Source: Tubulanus polymorphus (taxonomy: Eukaryota; Animalia; Nemertea). Taken from it: a stretch of DNA of 64,000 bases. Positions 1 through 12,251 of this stretch are shown in pieces. Location of the stretch: assembly GCF_964204645.1 (NCBI RefSeq), contig NC_134027.1:26746560-26810559 (forward strand), read 5' to 3'. Numbering within the stretch: the stretch's first letter is position 1; every line of letters starts with the position of its first letter. A model generated the notes under the pieces. That model had not been told where the DNA came from and did not search any database. It saw only the letters and a program-made list of their open reading frames with translations. The position numbers and the translations under genes are program-made.

Positions 1-637
1 ACTTCACAACTTTTAATCCTTCGAATTCATTACTTAATCAAACATCATCAGGGACATCGATCACTAAGGGAAGTGTATTTCTTGTTTACTTCCTGGTTCA
101 TGAAATCTCGACTATCCGCGAGACTCGGCGAGATCGAGCCTACACTTGTTACACTTCACGCGATTGGTTGAAAGTTTTACCCAGACTCGTTGGAACCAAT
201 CAAATCAGTCGTTACAAATCCGTCGATAATCCTTGGCGACCGTGACGTCATTTCCTAAACAAGTATGGCGGCGGTGTCAGAGTGAAAACAGTCTTTACAG
301 CTAAATTGTTCCACTTATCACTGGTTTATCATTGATTAACGGTAAGTTTATCATCTGAATAATCTTAGAAATACTCATCTTTACAAGTTGCAAATAATCT
401 GTTTATTTGACTCGAGAAAAGCAGAATAATTTAATGCATTTTCAGACTAAAAGTTCACAATCAACTCAACCTCAACTCTCTCCTCAACTCCTCGCTCAAG
501 CCTGTCCAGTTTCCTCTGTGTACATTTCTTTATCTTTGTTATCATGTTACTGCTGTAAGTGTTTGGTGGTGATGATGGTGGGCGCCGATTCAAATTCACA
601 ATCGGCTCAATTTCCTTTTTTTCAGGCAAAGTTTAAA

Positions 638-3600
638 ATGGCCGACGAGGAGAACGTGAAGGATGTTCCGATCGAATTACAAAGTGAAGAGATTGTAACA
701 GAAGAAGCAAATGTCGATGTAACGGAAGTAACTGATGATCAGATAGAAGATAACAATGTAAGTGAACACCTTTCTCCTCTCCCCCTGGTTCTCTGTGTCG
801 AGTGGTGGCTATAATAGTTGTATCAATAATGAATGTGGATCATTGAATTGATGTTGTTTCTATTACAGATTGATGAAGTGGAACCGACCTCCGCTGCTGC
901 TGAAGGTGAATAATCTAGTTATTTGTTTTGTTAAGTTTTAAGCATTCTAGAAATTATTGTTAAGATGTTCGTTCATTTTGTTTTGATGTTTATGAATTGT
1001 TGTAGGAGAATCAGGACTTGTTGTAGGAGATGGAGGAGATAGTGAGGCGGGTGATGGGAAATCTGGGGATGAGGAGGTACAAGATGAAGAGAATGGGGAA
1101 CAAGTTGAAAATAATGTGACTGTTGGGGAAGTTGGGGAACAAAATGTGGAGCAGGTCGATGGGGAACCAGTTACTGAGCAAACTGAAGGCGAACAAGTTA
1201 CTGAACTGGGTGAAGCAGAACAGACTGCTGAGCAGGTTGAAGCAGAACAGACTGCTGAACAGGTCGAAGGGGAACAAACTGCTGAGCAGGCTGAAGGGGA
1301 ACAGACTGCTGAACAGGCTGATGGGGAACAAACTGCTGAGCAGGCTGAAGGGGAACAGACTGCTGAACAGGTCAAAGGGGAACAAGTTGAGGTGAAAGCT
1401 GATGAAGCAGAAAAAGAAATAGATACAACGCTACAAATGGAAGAAGGAGGTTAGACAATTAACAACACTATCTGAGAATAACTCATAGAATAGCAGATAA
1501 CTCATCGCTCTAACTGACTGACAAATTGTAGCAGATAACTCATCGTTCTAACTGACTGACAAATTGTAGCAGATAACTCATCGTTCTAACTGACAAACTC
1601 TAGTTCTAACTGACTGACAAACTCTAGCGTTTTCACTAACTACCTGACGAAAATATCACAAACTGTATGACGAACTTATCACTAACTGTCTGACAACTGT
1701 TGAACTATTACCGGTTTTTATGCTAAATATCTAACGATTTTATTAACTAAACCGATGTTCTATATTTCAGTAGAAAAAAGAAATTATGATTTCCATTTAA
1801 CCCTGATTTAAACTGATCACAATTTCAACCAATTTCTTCTTGATATCGGATGTGTTTATATTGAAGGTGCGCGTGAAGATGCAGCAACTGGAACCGAACC
1901 GAGTGATGAAATACATGAAACGGATCCTCATGCTGTATCACCTCGAACTCAAGCTAATCTTACCGCTACTGCTACTGGTAAATCATCATCATCGTTTATC
2001 ACTTCTGATTTTTGTAGACAAATGATATTGAGAATTTGATGAAAAAAATGAAGAGAGTTGTGTTGTGTCAATTCAATTGTATCAGCCATTTCAAAACTTA
2101 TTCTGAAAATGCCTCTATCCTCGAGGTTTTTCAATGTTGTGGATTATATCTATTACTATCTCCATTCATCATTACATCTATAGATAATTCATACTCGATA
2201 TTCTATAATTTTGTATTCAGTAAAGTTTGTGTTGATGCCCAGTGGACAAGTCGTAACGATGGCCTGCAGTCTCGGTCAAACATTGGGACATCTGAAAGAA
2301 CATTTTGCAGCCGAGTTGAAAGTTCCTCCATCAGTGATAATGTTAATGTTCGGAGGTCAGTTAAATGAATGTATTCCCGTTATATCCTTTTATTTGTTTG
2401 ATTCGGTCGTTTTAAGAATTTCATTGTTTCTACGAATACCGTTAGGTCGCAACATGGAGAATGGTATTACGCTCGCCGATCTAGGTGTCGGTCCTAATGG
2501 AACTGTGCAACTAGAAATGCAATCGGCAGATCCAGTGAATACTCCTATACAGGGATATCGACCGAGACAAGAATATCACATGCCAGACGTTATATCGGTG
2601 CGAGTTCAGACAGGTAAATATTCTCAATCCACAAAGTTGCTCCGTTGCAATTCAATTCTGTAAAATCTTAATCTGTAATATGACTGTGATATACAATTAA
2701 GAAGCAACGAACACGCATTGAAATAGATTAGCTAAAATAAAACATCATTTAAATATCATGAGGTTAATGAGCAAAACCCACTGGTGATTTGACAGTTTAT
2801 TCAGACAGTTTTGAAGTTTTGACTTATCTTCATCAGCAGAGAAACTATTTTTTTTTCGTTTCTCATGAAGTTTATAGATTGTTAAATCATCAACTGTGGA
2901 TTTTGTTCTTTGTTCATTAACTCTGAAATGGTGAGAATTAATGAGATTGATATCAGTGTACCAGTCATCATTTTGTGTCAACACTAGGGTAATTGCTATA
3001 GTAAAGAACAACAAAATTGTTACATCGAAGAATCTGATGATTCACTGTTATCATTGTAGATGACGGCACCGTCAAAAATGTCGTGGTCGAAATTGAAAGA
3101 GCGACAAAAAAGAAGCCGTATTTAGGCGGATACAGACATAAAAACAGCGGCGTCGAGTATCACCACGCGTCGGCGCAGACTATGAAAAAGATACGAGCAC
3201 CGACTGCGGTGGAGCGAAACTGCAGAGACACGCAAACAGTTCAAATAAAACACATCGTTCAACAAACAACGAATAACATGTCGACTCAAATGACTGGTAT
3301 CGGTGTTTACGTGTCGAATGTGCAGGATAAACTAATGACACCTGGAAAATATACAACCGCAGATGATTATAAATCTATGTTACTTGAAAAGGTTAGAAAA
3401 ATATCACTTCGATATCAATGATAAATGGATTGTATTCAACCAAAAATTCATTAATTCTTGTCTATAAATTTTTGATTAGACTTTTAGCAGTCTTTAAGCT
3501 ACAGTAGCTGAAGTTGAATCTACAATCATATATACCTACAGTAAACTTCACCTAACTCCAGACAAACTGGGGCCGGCAAAATCAGTCCAAGGCAAGGGAA

Positions 3601-6600
3601 TTAATTCTAGCCTTTAAGAATTTTTGATTAGACTAAAGCAGGCTCTAAGCACCAGTCTCCAGCTGTTTAGTGAAATCCACAATCATATACACAGTGTACA
3701 GTAAACCTCATTCATTGATACGAGTTTTTATGAATTTTTGATTAGACTAAAGCCGTTTTTATGCACCAGTAGCTGAAGTGAAATCCACAATTGACAGTAA
3801 ACCTTGTCTAACCCGCACAAACTTGGACAAGCAAAACCGAAGTCCGGGTTAAGGATAAGAAAATAAGTTAGAAAGTCAGAAAAATTATTTAGTTAGTCAA
3901 AAGAGTTAGTTAAAAAGTCGTCCTGAGTTAGCCATGTCTGAGTAAGGGGAGGTTAACTGTGGTTACTTCAGCGCTGCCTGTCTCTTCAGACATATTCATT
4001 TGAAGGTTTATAAGGTGTATACATGAGCCTATGTTCGTTGTCTTGAAATTAGTAAATGATGTTTATCAATGTTGTATTTTTAGATTATAATCATTCAGAA
4101 GTACTACAGACGTTGGCTAGCTCAGCGTTACGTGCACAAACTCATCGAAGACAAAAATCGTCGTCTGGAATGGGAGAGACAAGAACAGATCAGAAAGAAA
4201 AAAGAAAAGGAAGATCGAATCAAAAGAGAATTTGAGAGAAGAATGAATCCAAAAACTAAGGAGGATTTCGATTTGTTGTACCATGCATTAGAAAGTAAGT
4301 GCTGTTTTATACAGTTTAGTATTACAGTCTCTAGGGCATGGTTTTACAGATTGGTATTAACTTTAACCCAAATTCATTTTCAATTGAATTAACCCTCAGG
4401 TTAAAGTCCCCCCCAGGTTATAGAGTTAAAACTGGTCTATAAATCTGGACCCAGTGTGAAAGAGAAACTAGACTCAGTAAATTAAAGATTGGTCTAAGTA
4501 AAATGATCCATCGAGAAAGTGTTGAAAATTTTACTCTAAGGAAAATGGGGGGGGTTAAGTACCTCATGAGTCTATAATGAAAACACCGGCCTCGAGTAGC
4601 AAAGATTTATTCATGTGAATTAATTGATTACTTCTAGAATGGAGACAAGAAGAACTAGAACATATAAATAATACATTAACCGGAGCTGAACGTAAAGCTG
4701 CGTTGTGTCAACTGTTAGAACAAGAAACACACCTGATTGGATCAATCGGTCGACACAAACTGGAAGCTGACACCGAAAATAAACAGAAACATATACAGAG
4801 TTTCCTAGAAAAGGTAACGATGATGATTGTAGAGCATTCATGAAATACATCTTTAGCCATAGGGTTGATTGACCAAGCTTCCCTTTGTACATACCAGTAA
4901 TGCATGATATTGCTAAACATCTGGGACCGGTTCCATAGTCTTGGCTTAGACTTAAGACCATGTTAATTCTATAGCCAATCTAACAACTTGGGACCAAACT
5001 TATGGAACTCGCCCCTAGGTCTAGTTTTATAGACTGGTATTATCTTTAACCAAGGGGTTAACTCAATTGAATATGAATTGAGTTAGCCCCTGGGTTAAAG
5101 ATAATGCCAGTCTATTAAACCGGACCTGGCTGGAGTTTGAAGGTTTTAAAAAATCTGCATATTTTCGCATTGGTATTTATGCTTATTTCTGAAATTGCTT
5201 TCATGTTAGGCTTCGTCGCCAAAAAAGTGGAGAGGACGCGATGGCAAAATGACGGAGATGGATACACCGTTTACAATCCGTGCTGCGGAACTGAAAGATA
5301 TTTATAACAGCATCACGATGAAATATCTCACACAAGACGAACGATTAGACGTTTTACTTACGTTGAAACACACTGTAAAGGTTTGTATTTCTGTCACTGA
5401 TTTCAGCAGAAACAATATATATATATCCAAACCTTTAAAATTGAAGTCTGAAATGTTTCCTTAAGCTAATAACTCAACGTTTTGACTTTATCTGAATTGT
5501 TGTTTTAAGGGGCCAGTCCCACTATCATAGATTAGACCAATCTAAAACCATTTTAGTTATGTAGTCAATCTAACAACTTAAGGCTATAGTCTAGAAATTG
5601 GAGACTACTTCTGGACTTTAGAAACTGGGCCAGAAATTACATTTTTGAAGATGATTATAGGATAGAGCTTAAAATTCAAATGAATAAAACCTGAAGGAAT
5701 CATTTCCGACTCTTCACACTCTTAATGTGGCATTTCACATATTATCAGTGTTTCATCTGTGGTTATATGTAGTTGTTGTATTTTGTAGGAACACGACTGT
5801 AAATTAACACAAGATATAATCGAGTTGATAGATCGAGAAGCCGATTTATTGATGCGAGGAGTTAAAGAAGATAATCTAACCGGTTTGAGGAAAAGAATAT
5901 CAACTTTGTTCCTTCAGTATATCAAAACACCGACGTTTAATCCTGAGGTTACCAAATTACTGAAGGTAATTCAATTGATTTATGTCGAGAAATACTGATT
6001 TGATATATTTGATGCATACAGAAATATTGAAGAATGTTACTGAGGGTCTTACTTTTAATAACTGATTAATTTGAATATTTTCTTTCATATTTCAATGAAA
6101 TGTTACTAGAAAAAATACAATTTGTTGCTGATTGTACATTTTAGAGGTTGACCGCCTTGTACCTAGATAAATGTGAATGTTTGATATGTTTAAACATGTG
6201 TTACTGTGTTAAATAGGTTCCTCAAGATCCAGCTCAGCTTCGTAAAAATATCTACTACTGCAACAGTTGTAACCAATATCTACCGTCAACGGACTTCCAA
6301 CTTTCATCCAATTCGAGAAATGTTGGTAAATGCCGTAAATGTCAGAAGATTGACAATGACGCTCGCGTTAGACAGGATTACAGTCAATATAGATATATGT
6401 TGAATGCTCTGCGAAAGTCTGAAGAAGCGATGGGCGACGGATCGAAAATTGCCTTCCTTTTACAGGTACTTTTTATGTATTCTTGAAAAATATCCAGTTA
6501 AACCCACTGAAAAACATAGCTCAGGGTCCCATTTTTACGAAAAAGTTAAACTCAAAATTTTGGTTTATTTGCTATTGGTTACTTCATGTTTTCAATGAGG

Positions 6601-7783
6601 ACAACAATTCAAACTTAACCGCTTTAGGCTTGAAAACTTTTTCGTGAAACCGGGCCCAGATCAGCTAACAATCCGATCAGATTGCCGATTCGTTTGTCTT
6701 ACAACCTTAAGAGCGCTCTTGGTTTGGTGACTGGCCATTTTGAATGCTAGTCGTCATCAGTGACTGTTAGCCATAATTGATTGCCATAATCAATACTGCT
6801 CTGAGTATGCCTGGTGATGGCTAACAGTTGTTAGCCGAAACGTCGCTCCTCAAATATAATAATTCTGATATAGAATTTTTCAATCTTGGCGTCGTTATTG
6901 TGGGATTTCTCTTGTTATCATCATACACGGATATTGTGTATCTTCTCGTCTTATAAGTTTCACTGTATCTCAAATCCAATTAACTAAGTGTAAGTCATCA
7001 TTATGATCATAGCTATGATGACTTCAGCAAGTTCGTTCAATTCCTTCATTCCGTTGAAAATAACGGTGATAATTCTAATTTCAGGAAAGCGATCTGCGTT
7101 ATTTGGTGGAGAATGTTTGGAATTCTCAGAGTATGCTGAGCGCGTGGGACGATTTATACGACCTCGTGTTGATACGATGGGATAGAAATGAGGAGTGGTC
7201 TCCGTGGAATTGTATTCTCCTCACGAAAGACGAAGCCTCCGCTCACGTTAAATTAGAAAATTTGGAAGAGGTGAGTAGCGAATATTTCCCGTAAAAAACA
7301 AAAATAATTCCTTCATTTAGTTCGGATAAATATACATTATCTTAATCATCAATCATTATTTGTTTGACAAATTTATGATTGTATCACATTCAAAAGCGAA
7401 ATTTCATGAAAGACCTTCATTTATACAGCATTACAAAAACGACAATTCAAATCACAGAAATTGTCTTAGAGTTAAGCATTCATTTAAAACGAATAAATTC
7501 TTCACGATTTTTGTGCCTAGAAACCTCTCGATTACAAAATCTAATAATCTTTACATGCTTCACTCTATCATTACATATTTACAATATTTCTTATCTGCCT
7601 GCTGTTTTTCAGGGTTACGGTAAAGTGTTTATGCATAAAGCTAATCACAAACACACGCTCGCGCGCAACTATTTCTCCAGATTACCCGGAATGGCTGAAC
7701 TGATGCACGCGAAAGAGAAAGAAAACCAAAAAAGTCGCGGACCTTCAGTTTCCGGTCAACGAGTTCCAATCAGAGCACAGTAA
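638..7783 (+). CDS. IQUB: IQ motif and ubiquitin-like domain-containing protein (ciliary radial spoke), ~14 coding exons, with an acidic repetitive N-terminus
   Basis: Spliced ORF pieces: ubiquitin-like [29 protein letters not shown]...[42 protein letters not shown]-like [51 protein letters not shown] boundaries. A non-coding first exon probably ends at ~341. Confidence 0.9.
1190..1390 (+). repeat. Coding minisatellite, 27-bp unit (EQTAEQAEG) in IQUB
   Basis: Repeated gaacagactgctgagcaggctgaaggg units; they also explain the spurious antisense ORFs 947-1385. Confidence 0.9.
1491..1700. repeat. Intronic minisatellite (~38-bp unit)
   Basis: Repeated agcagataactcatcg(c/t)tctaactgactgacaaattgt, decaying toward the right. 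Confidence 0.75.
6525..6656. mobile_element. MITE family A (PIF/Harbinger-like, ~130 bp, CWG TSD); other copies at 11485-11613, 61609-61737 and ~49500-49882 (interrupted)
   Basis: TIR ggcccagtttcac/gtgaaaccgggcc, flanking cag or ctg duplication, shared core ttggttacttcatgttttcaatgaggacaacaatt. Confidence 0.8.
6809..6846 (+). ncRNA. Penelope-type minimal hammerhead ribozyme motif with a mutated core (CUGGUGA)
   Basis: gc-CTGGTGA-T-GGCTAAC-agtt-GTTAGCC-GAAAC-GTC-gc: perfect 7-bp stem II and GUC cleavage triplet, but A6>G in the core. Confidence 0.55.
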
Positions 7784-8044
7784 TATCACGATCTATCTTA
7801 GTAGAATATATCATGTTTCAACTGACTAGTTACTAGAAATAGAAATCTGGAAAAATCTGAATGTTTTACTCAACATTTCTGTTGATATTCAATTTGTGTA
7901 TATTACATGGAATAGATCGATATCAATGAAAGTACTGTGATATATTTGTAATAACATTCATCTTTTAGTTCTTAAACTAGTCGACTTATTCCGTCCATCA
8001 AAGGTTCTTTTTATACATGAATAATCATATTTCTTATGATAGTA

Positions 8045-8201
8045 CAGCAAACCTCACGAAACTTCGACAAACCAGGACCGGTAAAATTGGACTGAGTTAA
8101 TCCAGACTAGAGTTAAAGATCGGAAATATGCTTTCGGAAGTCAGAAAATGATTTTATTTTTTATCTGAGTTGGCCATGTCTGAGTAAGGTGAGGTTAACT
8201 G
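8045..8201. mobile_element. Tc1/mariner-like MITE (TA TSD, CAG termini); related copies at ~3540-3960, ~22285-22610 and 54862-54979
   Basis: ta|cagcaaacctcac ... gtgaggttaactg|ta; the interior matches the copy at ~3795-3960. Confidence 0.65.
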
Positions 8202-8856
8202 TAATATGAATCTTGAGTATCTATCTCGTTTATCTCGTTCAAATGAACCAAATTGAATTATTTACTAAGAAATAAGAGTAAAAATTTTTAAATCAATGTT
8301 ATCAATATGTACATAAATAATGATTGTTTAATGTTTGAGAATAAAGAATTTTTCTTCAAAAACATTTTGTAAGTCTTTTTAAACAATGGTTTACAGCATT
8401 TTGACATTGACGTCTATGAAAGCAACTTGATTTAAGCAATCGGAACATAAAACATCTTCATGACAAACATAAGTAGACTCTTTTAAACCCAAATTACCCC
8501 CAAGAAAATGGCCTCTATAATATATAACAATGTGCAAATTTTCTTACTCCAATTCATCGTGACAATGACCCATGATTCCCCACTTCGAAATTTGTGAGAG
8601 AACATATTGGTCCCACAAGATCTAAGGCAAGCAGAGTCACCGGTAAAGTAATGATTTCAATAGCAGACTCGAAGGACATTTGGCAAAACACATCGACTAT
8701 ATCTTGTAGAGCTCACCTCAAAAACAATGAGTTGAAAGTACAGTAAATACTGCAAGATCACAGACAAGCAATAGTAAAACTGAAGATAGACAAATTACGA
8801 CATCATTTGCAATTTCAGAATGATTCGAATGTGATGGAAGGTTAGAATTTAGTTTT

Positions 8857-10113
8857 TTAGCAAGTTTCGAATAAACATTTTACAATTCCTCCTTGCAGTG
8901 TTAAGTCACTGTATACATCATCAGCTCGAAAAGGAGTTTTACATACAGTTTCATCATTTTCATAAACAGTTTTACGTTCAGTGGCATCATTTTTACAAAC
9001 GGTTTTACGTTCAGTTTCATCATTTTTATCTACAGTTTTACGTTCTGTAGCATCATTTTTATCTACAGTTTTACGTTCAGTTTCATCATTTTTATCTACA
9101 GTTTTACGTTCAGTTTCATCATTTTTATCTACAGTTTTACCTTCTGTAGCATCATTGTCATAAACAGTTTTACGTCCAGTGGCATCATTTTTATAAACGG
9201 CTCTTTCTTCTGTAGCATCATCAAATTCTTCCTCTTCACTACTAGTACTATCATCATCATCATATGTCGTAACTGTCATGGTGTTTGAATTTCCAAGCTG
9301 AACCCCTTTAGCATGATAGATATTAATGACAGTCCCGGGCAGTATATCAGTGCATCCTTTATCACGACTTCTGCTAGTTTGACTCATACCTTCTTCACGT
9401 TTGTTTTTTTGTTCTTTCAAACTAAGTTCACTTAATTTCTTCGTTAGATTCATCGAGGCTGCTGCGTCGGTTTCAGCTTTCCGCTGATGCGAAATTGCCA
9501 TTTGTTCCTTAAACTTTTCAATTTTCCAAAGTTTTAATTCGTGTTCATCTTTTTTCTCACGCTCCCTTTTGTATTGTTTTTTCAAATTCATAATCTTCAC
9601 GAGATTTCTTTTTTGAAATTTTTCAAAATACGTTGTATCGCTGGGACATGATTTACTGGGAATTGCTTTGATTTCAATTGGTTTTATTCCTCTCAAACCA
9701 AACGGAAGATTCACATCTTTCATAGTATCTAGACAAATCATCGGTAGAAGGCACCATCTTTTATCCGGATTATCGAACATCTCAGCGACTGCATCTTCTT
9801 TTATCAAATCGGAGTGGAAACCGACAAAATTTTGCGTAATGTACATCATCATATATGTACTTTTATTGAAACATTCCTCACGTCGTTTTAACCCCTGATA
9901 ATACAGACAACTGTCGTCTTCGGTACATATTCGAGGTTTACATTCTAAAGACTCTATTTCACCTTTTAGAATGTGCGCTTTCTCTCTATCATTAGGATGA
10001 TATAACAAAATAGCATCGTATTGACCCTCCTGATACCAATCAGGGTCATCTATACCCATCTTTTTAATGAACAGTCCAACATCGTCCATTGTTGGTTTTT
10101 TTGTTGGCTCCAT
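8857..10113 (-). CDS. TIR-domain + RHIM adaptor protein, TICAM/TRIF-like architecture (~418 aa, single coding exon)
   Basis: TIR-like segment YDAILLYHPNDREKA...TYMMMYITQNF...DKRWCLLPMI...LPFGLRGIKPIEI, then a charged helical region, RHIM TVINIYHAKGVQLGNSNTMTV (VQLG at 9292-9303), an acidic tract and 11-aa repeats. Splice acceptor at ~10138, ATG at 10113. Confidence 0.75.
   Translation of the reverse strand: MEPTKKPTMDDVGLFIKKMGIDDPDWYQEGQYDAILLYHPNDREKAHILKGEIESLECKPRICTEDDSCLYYQGLKRREECFNKSTYMMMYITQNFVGFHSDLIKEDAVAEMFDNPDKRWCLLPMICLDTMKDVNLPFGLRGIKPIEIKAIPSKSCPSDTTYFEKFQKRNLVKIMNLKKQYKREREKKDEHELKLWKIEKFKEQMAISHQRKAETDAAASMNLTKKLSELSLKEQKNKREEGMSQTSRSRDKGCTDILPGTVINIYHAKGVQLGNSNTMTVTTYDDDDSTSSEEEEFDDATEERAVYKNDATGRKTVYDNDATEGKTVDKNDETERKTVDKNDETERKTVDKNDATERKTVDKNDETERKTVCKNDATERKTVYENDETVCKTPFRADDVYSDLTLQGGIVKCLFETC
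8935..9225 (-). repeat. Coding 33-bp tandem repeat (KTVDKNDETER), ~8-9 copies
   Basis: Repeated cagttttacgttcagtttcatcatttttatcta on the + strand. Confidence 0.9.
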
Positions 10114-10789
10114 GATCAATGGCACTGGCAGGTATTCTGAAAAATTAAAAATGATACCGTATTATGTTGTTGATATCGTAATTTGGGTTGGAAGCAATAA
10201 ACTTTAAAAAACTTTGATAATAAGTAAAAAGTAAAAGAGTATTGGCAATTGTAGGCCTACTGACTGGCATGACAGGCATGACTGGCATGAAACAAATAGT
10301 TTTGTAAATTATACTTGTAGTGTAGGTTACAGGGGCCTTACACGAATATTTATGACCCCATTATCGTAGGTAGTACCTATCAGGCTACTGGGGTCAAAAT
10401 CGTTTTGTGTCAGGCCCCTGTGTGTGTGGCTGTGGTGTTGTTAGGCTAAAAACTAAAAAGACAATCAGAAAGTCAAGAACATAGCATTAAAGACTGCAAA
10501 CAAAGATTAATGGAACCAGGCGACTGTGGTGAATATTGATGTTGTCTTTATTTAGTCAGTAACCTGTCTGCGGTTTAGTTTCACGATCGGATATTTTCAC
10601 AAACCACATACATACGTTGGTATAAGCCCATCCGATTATAAAAAGCTTACCACCAACGATTAGGTAACTAACTAGTCTTTATTCTACTTACTGCTCTCTA
10701 TTTAGAAATCGTTATTGTATCTTCCTTGTAAGAAAAGTGGTGATAACCTCTAAAATTTATTATTTAGATTATATTATAGATGGCGTTAC

Positions 10790-10810
10790 GGGACTTTACC
10801 GGGTTTTCCC
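10790..10810. promoter_or_regulatory. Two adjacent kB/Rel-like sites upstream of the TIR-RHIM gene
   Basis: GGGACTTTAC (1 mismatch to GGGACTTTCC) followed by GGGTTTTCCC (reverse complement GGGAAAACCC, Dorsal-type). TGACGTAA at ~10852 and CACGTG at ~10880. Confidence 0.4.
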
Positions 10811-12251
10811 ATTTTTTTAGGTCGTCATTAGTCCCAAGACGAGTTTGTCGATGACGTAATTGGTAAATAATAACATAACCACGTGCGTGAGGAACAGACA
10901 TAAATACAAAAACTTTATTCAACCAATTCTGTGCGCTGAATTGTATGATCATAAACAAATTGCCGCAATCTTTTCCTTCGTTATCATCTTTTGTTGATTC
11001 TTTGTTCAACATTATTCAAAAACGAATAATCACTAGTTTGTAAATAAACAAAATGAATTATTTACTTGCGTAGAAGTAGTAATGCATGTTTATTTTCTTG
11101 CAAGACTTATAATGATAAAATCAAATAACTCTTGCTAGTAGACTATATGATGTGTTTTTAGATACCCATTCAACAATAGCCGGAATCATAGAATAGTTCT
11201 AAAGTTCTTCAATTCGTCTTAAATTTAGTATGATATGTGAAACTGGGTCTACTGAAAATTCGAAAATCTGTCCTATTTCAGTAGTATGAACTAACTGATA
11301 GCTTATCGTAAGAGATTTCAGAAAAAAAACAACATAAAACACGAAACAAAACATTCTTTATTTTTCTTCTCAGATAAGCCCAGTAGAGTTCGATTCAGAC
11401 CGACATGTCTTTTGCAATCCTTCACAGTAAAGAATGGATTAAAAAACGATGTTTTAGGTCAACTGCCAGTCCTTTCTAGTCCTGAGCCCAGTTTCACAAA
11501 CAAGTTCAACTAAAATTTTTGGTGTAATTGCCATTGGTTACTTCATGTTTTCAATGAGGACAACAATTAAAACATAACTGTTTTAGGCTTAAACTGTTTC
11601 GTGAAACCGGGCCCTGATCAGACTTTTTATCAGGTATTTACTATCAAGCCCGACTGAGCTAGGCCATCGTCTGATGCTCTCTCTCAAGTCAAGTTGAAAT
11701 AGACATTTCCAACTGCTCTAACAGATAAGAGCGCGTACCAGGACGCATGTGGTTATGTTATTATTTATATATGACGTCATCGACAAACTCGTCTTGGAAC
11801 TAATGACGACCATTTTTTTATTACGGCTCTCTACTGGATTAGCCGGTTCCGGGACTCGGACACTTTGTGGGTACGGCGACGACAACTTGCAGTCGGTTAC
11901 AAGTTCACACGCGGCGAGCGAGAATACAGAGTCCAGTGGAGCCTTTGAGAGATCGTTTAACAACGGAACCGTATTTTTAAACGTTTTTAACAAAGAAAAG
12001 GTTGGAAAATGTATATGTATATTATCTGAAATGTTTATTATGTTGGTTACAATTGGATAAATTAAACTTTTTTGTCAGAAAAATGTAAAAACTCAAGTAA
12101 TGAACAAGTCAAGTTGAACGCTCTGGATAAATACAACTATTTACCAAACAAAAACGACGAAAATTACCTACGACGTGTAGTCGTACGGTGTAGCCTAATA
12201 TTGACACTAAACCATCTTTCATATTTTATATCTTTGAATTTCTAGTGTAAA

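Noticed and set aside
947-1395. Antisense and alternative-frame ORFs with Cys/Ser or Leu/Phe repeats
   Set aside because: Shadows of the 27-bp coding repeat in IQUB.
11718-12060. Overlapping 91-103-aa ORFs upstream of PABPN1
   Set aside because: No recognisable motifs; the region looks like the CpG-richer promoter and 5' UTR of PABPN1 (CRE at ~11772).
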